Shown here: positions 21,658 through 34,191 of the stretch, in pieces | Position numbering within the stretch: position 1 is the first letter of the stretch | Layout of the letters: every line of letters begins with the position of its first letter | Source: Moniliella sp. 'wahieum' | Lineage: Eukaryota | DNA: 64,000 bases | Direction of reading: 5' to 3' | Assembly (NCBI GenBank): GCA_003971905.1 | Contig: RSEE01000004.1 | Location: 744,001 to 808,000, forward strand | The notes under the pieces: generated by a model | What the model was told of the DNA's origin: nothing | The model's database searches: none | What the model saw: only the letters and a program-made list of their open reading frames with translations | Translations under genes and position numbers: made by a program

Positions 21658-24600
21658 TCACACGTCCAGCTGGGGGCCACGCCCTCCTCGTCTACTGCAG
21701 CAGCCCGGAGTGCACGCCGCTTCTTTTTGGGCGAGTCCAACGTCGGCTTCAGCAAGTGCAAGCTCGCGTCCGACAAGTCCACCTCGATGTGGGTGCTGGT
21801 GGACGGCGGTTCACCTCGGCAGCTGCGTCCGACAAGATGCCCGCCGGCACCCGACTAGCGCTGGGTTTGCGTTCGCGCTTGGTGGAGCCAGTGCGGTTCA
21901 GCACCGAGCGCTTGGACTTGAGCGAAGGCGCGAAAGATGCGGCGCCTGAATCGCCGACTTGGAGGGGTGGGTGGATTGGAGAAGACCCTTTGCCAGGGCT
22001 TGGACGCTTGGACGGGGCACGTGTGATTTTCTTGCGTGGTGCTTCAGCAGACCCGGATCCCGACCTGGATCCCGCATTGGATCCCGCATGAGACACATTC
22101 CACTTGCTGCCAGACAGAACGCGTTCCCTGTGCCGCTGCCGCGTTGCGAGTGTATTGGCGGTACTGGTCCGGGCGCTCGACGTTTCAGTGGCGAAGGAGT
22201 GATATTCTCAGCGACTGTTCGTTGAGGGGGTTGAACGTGTCATCATCCTCATCCTCGTCCTCATCCTCGTCCTCGTCGTCCTCTTTGTCCTCATCCTCCT
22301 CGGCATCGTCCTTACCACCATCTTCTTCTTCCTCGTCATCTTCCTGTTTCCCTTCTCCCCCTTTCTGATCTTCCCCCTCCTCAGATGCCGCCATGGGGGC
22401 CCTGGCAGACTCCTTCGCATCAGACACCGTAGTGGAGTCCACGGAAGGAAGGCGGGGGGTTTGCATATCCAGCATCTGAGCGTGCTCCGTTCCCTGCGTT
22501 TCCTTTTCAATCTCCCCCTCCTCCCTTGAAGCGTCAACCTCGATCGTGGTTGCATCGGCCGGAGTTGAAAGTAGGTTGGACTCGTGCTCCTGCTCTTGAT
22601 CAGAACCGGGCGCCTGCGCACGCGCCTGTACCGGCTCCCGTGCTGGTTTCTGTATCGGCTCGATCCCCTGTTCCGTCTCTTGCGTAGGTTCTTGCCTCGG
22701 CTCCTGCTCCGGCTCTTGTTTTTGCCCCGGCTCTTGGTCCTGCTCCGTCTCCTGCTCCTGCTCCGACTTGCCGGTGGAGGATGCCAAACTGCAACGCGAA
22801 GTAACGCCTTGGGAGGCCCGGTTAGGAGAGACGCCGAACGATGCGCGGATGAGCAAAAGCGTTTGGGGTAACCCCGATAGAACGGAAAGGGTCTCCAGGC
22901 GTATGGACCTCCGGGATCATGCTTGGCATCATCCTCCGAACTGGGGTTGACGGTGTTTGGTCCAAAGTGAGACTGGAACGATGTCCAACGCGTGAGACGG
23001 AAGGTCTGACTCGCCGAGCGACGGGGCGCGGGTGGACGGATGGTTGTGAGTCTTGTCCATGGATTGGAAAGTAGCCTCCCTGACCGATTGGTCGTACGAA
23101 TCTGGGTCGCGGCACAGATCATTGAGCAAATCAAGCTTCTTATTCATCACTTGTTCGCTCAGGCGCAGCTCCTCCTCCAGCCGCTGTTCGTACATGACGC
23201 TCATAGCCCGGAGTGCGCGCTCCATCTCGTCGGCCATTTCAGAACGCACTTCGGCCTCACCTTGATCATCCTTTGCTCAGCCAAGTAGAGGCGCTGTTGC
23301 AACTCCTCGCACTTGGCAATCAACAAGTCCACCAAGGGGTCCTGCTCTCTTCCTCCGACTCCTCAATGATGGTGATGTCCATCTGACTGGGTCCGGGGGT
23401 GGCGCTTGGGTGGTCCGTGGGGGGCCGACGGACGAACTTGACTCGACACTGTGGAACGGGACGTGCTCAACGCACTCCTCTTCCTCTCCCGACCACTCGC
23501 AACAGGGGTCAGACTGATCTTTGTTGGGCTCCGGGGCATGGCGCTCTGGCGTTGTTTGACAACGTTGCCAATGGTCGCGCTAAATTTCATGACTTGCGCA
23601 TTCTCATAAAAGCCGCCATCAATGGGTTGGCCGTGATGATCATGACGGTGGTGCCCTCTGCAACAAAGTAGCTCTTGAGCAACGAGGTGAGTTTGGAGGA
23701 GTTGTAGGGCACCATCTGGCCTGGCGTTGTCCGCCCCACCCGAAGCCAAGGCAGCCTGAACACGAGCTTGGTTGGAGCGAATCTTCTCAATGCAGTGCCC
23801 CAAGTTCATCAAGCTCTTGTTGATGTTGCCAGCCTCTTTCATGCGGACACTGTCGGTGAGCTGGGTGTGAGACATGCGCTCACTTCCGGCCAGGTCAACA
23901 ATGCTCATGCGGGAGGTAGTGTACATGGCTTCCGCACCAGTCTCGTCCGCACGGTGGCGAATGATACGAACGGTGAATACGCCATGACTTCGACTGGACA
24001 CCCGGTTGGCCAACGTGCCAAACACAGCCCGGTTCTGCTCTCCGCGACGAATCAGCGCCTGGGCCTCGGCCGCGGACCGCACCTCGTGCTCCGACAGGCC
24101 GGCAGCATACTGCACTGCCCCTCGGGGTCGCCCGCCGTGTCGGCATCGTTCTGGAGGGGCAGAGCGTGGCGGGTAAGCACCTGTCCCACGTCAGTGCCCA
24201 CTCCGCTTCCCATTCGCCTACCCCCAGGGACCAGTTTTTGTTGCCACTTGCGCTGTGCTGGAGGGATCGGCTCCGACATCAAGAAGATCATAAATCTTTT
24301 CGTTGTAGACCTCCAGGTAGCTTACCCAGACGCTGAAGCGGTAGTTCTTGTCGACTTGGAGGGTGGTCGGGTCATGTTCGTACTCGAGCAGGCAGCTGCC
24401 CGTGCCAAAGGGGGCACGTTCTTTGCCATCCTCCAGCCTCTGACGCACGGGGGCCAGACTCAACGGATCAAACTGATCCAGTCCGTCTTGTTTTGGGTGC
24501 ACCAGCTCCTCAACACCATTGAGTCCCTTGGGCCGGATACGACGGGTGCTCAACAGCCCCTCGAGCGAGTTGAACAGAGTATCCAATGTACGTGGCAGCA

Positions 24601-25183
24601 CCCCCGCCTCATGTTTCCGACTCCCGCCATGCACAGTGTAGGATTTGCCGCTGCAGGTGGTGCCGTAGGTGCAGTACAACCCGCTTTGGCTTTCATTCAA
24701 AAGCGCCTCGACCATTGGCAGGCAGGTTTCTTGGAAAAACTGCGACTGAGATTGGGACGCCGCATCGGCCTCAGCAGGCTGGAACACCTTGGCAAATGAG
24801 TACTGCTGTGGAGGACGAGGCAGCTAAACAGGAAGGAAGCAGAGTCAGGATTGGCTTGTGGCAACTAAGAGCAGCCGAAAAGGGAGGGGGGTATATTACA
24901 CACATCGGGCGGGGGTTTCATGACAATGTCCGTGTCGCTGTGGACGGTAATGTAAGGCTCGGACGCGGATTTGGACGGATGAGCAGGGCGAAGGCGGAGG
25001 TAGGTCTGTCTCAACGATCAGCATTCCATGCGACGGCCATGGTGAGGCGAGGGAGCGTACCTTGATGGGCTCGGCATTGGGAGAGGCACCGGTCGGGAAG
25101 GGGACGACGATCTTGGAACGCAGCATCTTGGAGGCGGGGCGTGTCGCTGCGGACCGCCGCGATGGACTTCGGGAAGGCAGCAT
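21658..25183 (-). CDS. Kinesin motor, kinesin-6 (MKLP/Klp9-like)
   Basis: P-loop YGTTCSGKSYT, VSYLEVYNEKIYDLL, switch I NRVSSRSH, switch II IVDLAGSER, EAGNINKSL, VPYNSSKLT. The long insert between GVLPRTLDTLF and the YLEVYNE strand is typical of kinesin-6. Coiled coil, acidic tail and SPKKKRR end. 5' introns at ~24809-25060; 3' end approximate. Confidence 0.88.
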
Positions 25184-25635
25184 GGTGGGGAGGAGAACAG
25201 GCCGGAGGGCGATGGCGGCGGGATGGTGATCAGGATGCTGGATGGGATGGGGAGTGGCGAGGGAGGGATGGGACACCGCCCGCAGCGTATCTGCCACTGT
25301 TGGGCGCCCCAGCCCACGGCCGCCTCATCACAATCCAACCACCCACCGGACCAGTCGACTTCGACGGCCCGAGGGTAGAGAGCCAGCCAACATGCTGAAA
25401 CGTTCAGCATTTCATTGTTTCAATGCCACTGGTCACCCTTCGTCCCCCACCGATGAGCGCCTAGCTTGAAGCTTCCAGCCCTAGGCTGTCTGGGTTCCCA
25501 AGGTACACCACTTCTGTCTCTCTTGCGTCCCCAAACTACCACCGAAGCGCCGCTACCAATCAACCTGTTTATGCGCGGGGAAAGCAACGATTGGTGCAGC
25601 TGCATTCCTTGCACATCAAGTCCATGGAGTGAAAA

Positions 25636-26860
25636 TCAATCCAACTTTTGGGGTTTCCCGTCGAGGCCAATGACCGTGTTGCGCTCGTTGCCGTTCCAGT
25701 ACATGAGGAGTTGGACAAAGATGATGGCGTTAAAGACAGTGGCCAAAGCGAATCCCCAAAAGAGGAGCGAATCATTAGTCTCTGTCAGTGGTGAATACCC
25801 TGGCCATCGTTCCCGCCAACTGGCAAAGACGACGATGGCGCTCAGCTGGCCAGGTGCCTTGCGCGTGTGCAGCTCCACCATCTGGGGTACCTTGCTGATG
25901 AGAGAGATGGGGATCGTGAGTGCTTGGAGAAGGAGAGTAGGCCGGAAGCGCACAGGGCAGGGGTAAATGAATATGGAAAGCGCGACATGAGCGCAGCAGT
26001 GATCATGACCCGTCTCCGACGCGCCTGCTCAGTTGACCCAGCCGGGATGGGCGCGTAGGCAATGATCAGGAGGGATTACCATATCTGCAACGACACATGT
26101 CAGAAAAAAGAACAGGGGCGGGGGGGGACATGGGAGGGACATACTCTGGACCGTTAAGCTGGCATTCTCTCCATATGTGCTGAATGGGATTTGCTTGCGC
26201 ACAGCGTATGCCAAACTAATGGTGTACGCCAGCACCTCGAGGGCGTACATGCTGAGGCTGATCCCCCGTGCGGAGCGCCCCTTGATAATCTTGAGGATCT
26301 GGGGAATTTTCATGATTGAGCCAAATACGACGATACCCAGCCCGAGGCCTTTAGAGATGGACAGCGGATGCAGTGGGTTGACGTGAGATCAGCGTCGTAG
26401 ATTAAGGTCGTGTAACACTCCTGGAGTACATTCGAGTCAGGAGAACTGCGTAACAGGAGAACGCCAACAGCCAGAACAGACGTACTTCACCAATGATGGC
26501 CTCTGCTGGGGAACGGAGAAAGAAAGGAATATGATGCGTAAGGCCTTGGAGGGCGGACTGCCACCCTGGTAGCACTACTTTTGGCGCCACCTTGGCCGCA
26601 TTGGTGGCAATGGGTGTTGGTTTCAGGGCCGACGCAGCTGACACAGCGGAGGCTGATACGTGTGCAGTGTAAAACGAAGGCGTGGCAGTCGAGATGAGAG
26701 TGACGGGAGCAGTCGCATTGGCACCAGATGTCCCAGCCTGTGTTGCGGCGGTACTCGAGGCCACATGGGAAATGGCCGCCGCTGGAATCTTGGCCAGGCG
26801 CCCGAGATTGTCCAATGACGTGGAGGATGAGGAGGGAACTCTGGAAGAGACAGGCGCCAT
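25636..26860 (-). CDS. MPDU1: Mannose-P-dolichol utilization defect 1 (PQ-loop) protein
   Basis: ISKGLGLGIVVFGSIMKIPQILKI...SARGISL...PFSTYGEN, second PQ loop SKVPQM...GQLSA, and FALATVFNAIIFVQLLMYW. Introns at ~26401-26489 and ~26085-26144. Confidence 0.9.
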
Positions 26861-27391
26861 GACTGCACGGACGCCGGTCGAGAGGCAAGATGGCCGTTTG
26901 TTCGTTGGCGGTAGTCGTGGGTCGTGGGTTGGCGACTACTTGTGCAAATGCAGCCTTGCCCACCGGGGCGAATGCGGTACACCAAATCGAAGGGCACGCG
27001 GTGACCGGTGTGACGAGGTGACTGCAGTGACACGATGGTGACGCGGGTGACGCTTGCAGCAGGTCATGTGACCCTCTGAGCCGCTCAGCACGCGCTCAGC
27101 CTGAGTTCTGCAGAATGCATGCGCGTATGCAATGTTGAAACATCTACTTGTCGCTGTTAGCATTGCTGATCCAAAACGGGACAGGAAATGACAACACAGT
27201 AAAATGGGTCCCGCCCAACGACCGTCTGACAGAGGAGGGGAGTGATGAACAGGTCTCGGCTGCGCTGTTGGAGTTTTGAAGGCCACACACAGTACCAAAC
27301 TGGGAATGGCAGCTTTGCCACACTATACTCACGAATGCCCCCATCCTGGGCTTATGCTTCAACGTCCACGCACATACATTGAATCGGGATT

Positions 27392-29118
27392 CTAGAGATC
27401 ATCAAAGAACGTCCGACGGCTGGCTTCTTTGTCTTGTTGACTGGCCGCCTTCGTCGATGCCGCTCCTACCTGCTTGGCAAATTTGGGAGCCTTGACCTTC
27501 TCCTTTCGCTTCTTGCGGGGGGGTGCATCCGAGTCGCTGTCGGATCCCCAGTCATCCGTTTATTTTGCTGGTCCTTGGGCGTTGGTGCCGTTGGTGCACC
27601 TGTTTCCCGATCCGAGTTGGCGTCCGACGTTTCACCATCCGAATCGTCGTCCTCGTCAGAGCTGCTGCTCTCCTCCCCTCGTTCCTGAAGTTGGTTAAGA
27701 ACGGCACTGTCGAGCGAACCAGTATCACTGTCACTCTCCGACTCGCTTTCCGTTCCCTCCTCGCCACCACGCGCATTGACCACCTCATCACCTGGTCCGT
27801 CCTCTTCCTCCTCGTCCGAATCGTCCGACCCCGCCTCAAATAGCTCGCGTAGGTTGGTGAGACGCACAAACGCCTCGTGACCCACGGAGGCCATCCAGTC
27901 CTGTGCATGGGTCACGCGCTCAACGGGGAAGCCACCGTGATCGGCGGCAACGCCGATGAGCTTGTGTGGGCTAAAGGTGAGGGACGAGAAAAAAGGAGGG
28001 AGACATTAGCGCATCGAGCCACAACAATACAACGGAGAAGAAACAACGTACTAGAGATCGACGATGCGCACCATGCCATCACTGCTGCCGGTCAGAAGCG
28101 TATCGCCAGAACCATAGGAAGCGTCGAGGACGTCAATCGTGTCGACGCTGGCCGGATGGCCAGCCAGACGGTCCACGTGGTCGGTCATGCCCTTTTCCGG
28201 AGACCAGATCGAGATGGGTCCCAGCCCTGTGCCCACCACAAGTTTCTTTCCATTCCGAATCGCACGCACCGACAACAACTCGTCCTCCTGGTCCGCACTC
28301 ACCTCCACCCCAGACCGCCACAGGACAGCTTCCTTCTCCGCACCGGGCTTGATCGATCCTTGCGGCTTGGTTTGCGCACTGGACTTGCCAAACCGCAAAT
28401 CCATCACACTCAACAACCCGTCCCCGGCTACCGCCACCAGACGGTCCCGTGTGCCCTGGGTGGAACTGTTGATGACCTGTTTCTTGCCCCCCTGTCCATC
28501 TCGTTTGATGCGTGAAGGGAGGGTTAGGTTGGGCACCCATGTCAGATCTGTAATCCAATCCGAGTGTTGGTAAACACTTGCGAGGGACCGGCGCCATCGG
28601 CTTGTCGAGCGTCCCAGAGCTTCACCACGCCATCATCGTCACCTGTGACAAAGTGGTGGGCATGTCCAGGAATAGGCAAAATGCGTGACGGTGCCGTGCT
28701 GAAGGATCGAGCGAAGGGTCAGAAACGGGCTTCCGAGCGAGATGAACAGAGAAACCTACTCATGGGCAGCGAGCCATTGGCGACTGACTTTCCCCGTTGC
28801 AACATCGATCGCAGCGAGGGTGCGGTCCTTGGAGATGGTGCGAAGTGTGAGACCATCGTCGGTAAAGCGAGCACCTCGACAACTCTTGTTGCCAGGCTTG
28901 CTGCTCCAGGAACGGGTGAAAAGGACGCCCTCGTACTTGGACAAGTCCTCCTCCTCCTCGTCTTCGTCTGCGCGCGCGCCGCCGACCAACAGCGAGTAGT
29001 CCACCAGCGCAACACGGCCATTGACCAGCGACCCGGCCAGGAGTGACTTACCCTCGCTCGTCACGTACTGGTCCACATCCAGCACGTCGCTGCTAAACGG
29101 TACGTCGAAGCTCGTCAT
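27392..29118 (-). CDS. JIP5: WD40 protein JIP5/WDR55 (ribosome biogenesis)
   Basis: KSCRGARF, VTGDDDGVVKLWD, AVAGDGLLSVMDLR, SADQEDELLS, DHVDRLAGHPASVD, TGSSDGMVR. Acidic tail ends FFDDL-stop. Introns near 28035 and 28740. Confidence 0.88.
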
Positions 29119-29786
29119 GGTCCCGCGAACCGGATCGACGGAAGCATCTATCCAGCCTGGCGATTGGGCTGGGTCTGGGGGGGTTGCTTGGACCAAAAAA
29201 TACCTAGTGGGGCAGCGGCGGAAAAGGAATTGCACCGGCCTATTTAATTCCCTCGCGTTCCGCCCTTGACGTCACTGCTGCGTTCGTACAACCATTCAAT
29301 ACGCCGGTCAGTCTCCAGGCTTCGCTCAGCGCAGTCCTGTGCCCCCCCCCACCTGCTCGCACCGTGCTTTATCGAGCTCGGGCATCGTGACCGTGGCGAT
29401 GGAGCCTTGGGGCGTTGTCACCGAAGGAAGAGACACTATACACGTCGTGATGCTTCCGATAGACAGATAGACCCGGATGGCACACTCGTTTGGCCTTGGC
29501 CAGTCTAGTGCGCAGCGCCCCCTTGCCCACCGCCTCACAAAGCGTCCCATACAGGCCCAGAGGGGTCGACGCGGGGCCAACAAGAGGGAGGTCCTGACTT
29601 TTAGTTACAATCGCTAGACGCATCACAAGCAAAGACTACAAGTGCGCAACCAAGCAGGGGGTTTAGTACAGAAATAAGGTGCCAGTAAGAAGGTGTGTGT
29701 TAACCTGACATAGGCATGGAGGGGAGTTTATTGTGGCCCAAGATCAGTGGCTCAACGGCCCGAGTGGGCGAGGCATAGGAAGGCAA

Positions 29787-31031
<1,245 letters not shown>

Positions 31032-33370
31032 AGTGAGTAAGTAGGGGCGAGGGCGACTGGGGAGGGTGAGGCGAAGAAGGCGGCGGTGAGTGGGAAGAGG
31101 TGGCGGGGACGGAAGAAGGGAGCGCGCACGGAAGAGCAGTGCGTAGGCGAGCGCAGCCCGCAAGTCACTGGGCTCAGCCGCTCAGCGAGCGCTCGGTCGG
31201 AGCATTGGGTTAACATGTGCATGAACGTTCAACCTGAACCTGAACCGTTCAGCGGCTGAGTCGCTGAGGCTCAGCCAGTGCGCAGCCTGAGGCGCTGTGC
31301 GCTGAGCAGCTGCGCACCAGCCACCCCAGCGCTGAGCAGCTCACCGCGCTCACCGGTCACGGTCTCCATCATCGACACCCATCATAGTCGCTACTCACTG
31401 GTCGCCGCAGTCGGATTGCCCGCAGCAAGCACGGCGATGGCAGGGCACAGCAGGGCACAGCGGAGAGCATCGCACCATGCATCATCCAATCCATGACACC
31501 ATGGCCGCACCGGGGCCGTGTGCCGGGAACCAGGCGACGCTGCGATTGCGCAGCGTCGGGAAGCTGGGGAACGAGGCATCCTTAATAGTTAATCTGGAAA
31601 GAGTTGGGCAATTTCAATTTCAGTTGCCATGGCCGTAGCTGCTGACCAGCGCTGAGGCTCAACGCTTAGGCTGAGCCCTGCTGAGGAGCATCAGCGGCTG
31701 ACCCTTCCTATGACCTGACCGGCTTAACAACCGCAACCCCAGTCGTCCAGCGTGGCCTTCGCCTCGCAGACAGCGCGCGTGGCGCAGCAGCTGCGCCAGC
31801 TGAGGCCGAGTCCACGTGGGTGCTTTCTCTCCAACACACGAGCGTGGCACCCTACTACAGGTCATCCCTTCGGCCATCTCGCCTTTGCCCAAACAACCGT
31901 GAGCGCGTGAGCGCCGGCACGAGACTGAGCGGCTTTCTTGGCCGTGTTGTCTCTCAGTCCCTGGCGTCGCAACTGCTGTTGCGAGCCTTGCTCCGGCTTT
32001 CGGGGAAAGCTAACCTTAGCCTCTTGCAACTGAAACAGTGGCTCACTTCTTGGTCAAAGGGGGCTCGCTTCGGTGCAGAGGTCCGCACCGTGTGCACACT
32101 CAGTACCCAGACCTTGAACCAACCCCAGCCTGCCCCTGCTGGCAGTAGTACTCTCTGCTCGTACCTCATTAAATCGCTCTTCGGTATCTCTACGGTACTC
32201 CGATGCGCAGTAAGACAGACCGAGCTCGCAATATCTTCATCCTTCCTTCGTTTCGTTTAACTAATCGTGTGGACCTGTCCTTTCCATCGGAGTATCCTAC
32301 AACACTGGTATCAACTGATTAGATCCCAGGGATCCATCTGCGATCACCTGGTCTGTTTGTGCTCTCTTCTCATCGCCCATTGGCCCTGCGATATCTCTTC
32401 CTCCATGTTGACAGGGGCACAGTGGTCGTCTCACTCTCACTGACCCCCACGGCCCAGGATCTCCCAATACTTGCTTGGAAAGTCCAAGTGCCACTGGCCG
32501 ATCTCGAAACCAAGAGAAGGAGAGTTTACCCGCCTCGAAGTCCAGCTAGGAAGGCATGAAGTGCACCTGTCCAATGTATGGCAACAGACAAGGGGGTTTT
32601 CATCCACCGACATTATTGCCACACGAGTTGGGTATCTTACTTACCTCTGGCAAAATATATGGCAAAACAACCCGGAAAATGAGAGGAGCATCGTGTCCAG
32701 TGTAGCAATATGGCTGTCACTGATTCGATCGCAAAGATTGCCTTATTCTGTTCTTTGTGGTTCTTTGTGGCGAACAATATGCCGCATCGATGCAACCACA
32801 GCCCCCACAACGATGATTATTAAGTGCTCTCTCCCTCATGACCGGTTCTTTGTCTTTTGGCCTCCGGAACGACCTTTCATGTGAACACTACCGGGCGAGT
32901 AGGTCTGTACAAGAACATTGATAGACATTCAGCGTCGTACTCACATATTGTCCCATTTCTTCCGTGCTACTCGCGGTCGAGTCGAATGCGCCCAAGGCTT
33001 GTGAATAATACAAACCACACGCAACTAATATATACGCTCGATGGTGAGGGCGGCATGGGATGTAACACATGCCTTTTACCGGGTGCAGGTACCCACGACC
33101 GACCTTGGGGCCTCTGGTGGGGAATTTGGGCATGCCAACAAGTGTGAGGGTTAAGTTGTGGACTGGCGGGGGGGAAGCCGGGGGTAAATGGATATACCTT
33201 TTGCACTCGGCACCCTACTCCTCATTTAACCCCAATTCCGCCTCGGCGGAAAAACAGGGTGGGTCTGTGGCCTCGTCAGCGAGTGCGGGTTGAGGAGGAC
33301 GCTCCCATAACCCACCACTGCACCTACACCAACACCCACCCAACCCACACCCCTAACCCAGCTGCCCACG

Positions 33371-34057
33371 ATGAGTATTATGGAGTACAACGGCGGGTCG
33401 GTCATCGCAATGACCGGCAAGAACTGTGTCGCAATCGCCACCGACCTGCGTCTGGGCAACCAGGCCCTCCTCGTCAGCAACACCTTCCCCAAGGTCTTCA
33501 GTATCACTCCCAAGGCGTATGTTGGTCTTCCCGGCCTTGCCTCGGACGTGGACACGCTCAGGACACTATTCCGCCAGCGCACCAATCTCTACACCATGAA
33601 GGAGAACCGCGAGATTGAGCCCTACACCCTGGCCAAGCTCGTGAGTTCGACGCTGTACGAGCGCCGCTTTGGACCGTACTTTGTGGAGCCCGTCGTTGCC
33701 GGCTTGGACAAGGACAACAAGCCCTTCATCACCTCCATGGACTTGATTGGCAACATGACCTTGCCCAATGACTTTGCTGTGGCTGGCACAGCATCAGAAA
33801 CCATGTTTGGTATGGCCGAGGGGCTGTGGGAACCCGATCTTTCGCCCGACCAGCTCTTCGAGTCGATCTCCCAGACCATCATGGGTGCGCTGGAGCGCGA
33901 CGCACTTTCCGGCTATGGTATCCTGGTGCGGGTCATGTACGTCCTCCCTCCTCCCCACCTCCGCCCTTCATCTAGGAATGCTTTGGACTGACTTTGGAAT
34001 TTGTGCAGTACGCCGGACAAGGTGATTGAGCGGACACTCAAGTCGCGGCAAGATTGA
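33371..34057 (+). CDS. PUP3: 20S proteasome subunit beta-3
   Basis: MSIMEYNGGSVIAMTGKNCVAIATDLRLG...YERRFGPYFVEPVVAGL...ERDALSGYG. Intron ~33938-34008. Last exon TPDKVIERTLKSRQD-stop. Confidence 0.97.
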
Positions 34058-34191
34058 ATTCTGTATTTTTCCTGGGGCACACAGCCACGCTATGAGTGTA
34101 GTCTGGTATTTCTATAGCTGAAGCAAGCTAGATGGGAACTCGCATTCGTAGTTTAGGGCATGCATCGACCGAGGGAGGGGTGGCATAGGGG

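Noticed and set aside
32477..32602. RNase MRP/P-like words GGAAAGTCC and ACAGACAAGGGGGTTTT
   Set aside because: Spacing (~110 nt) looks too short and the pairing relies on wobbles; other conserved regions not seen.
33026..33135. U5 snRNA-like loop (TGCCTTTTACC at ~33070) after a TATA-like tract
   Set aside because: The flanks do not form the U5 stem closing the loop; GGCATG/CATGCC pairing would sequester it, and the Sm-like site (AATTTGG) is weak. An Rfam scan would settle it.
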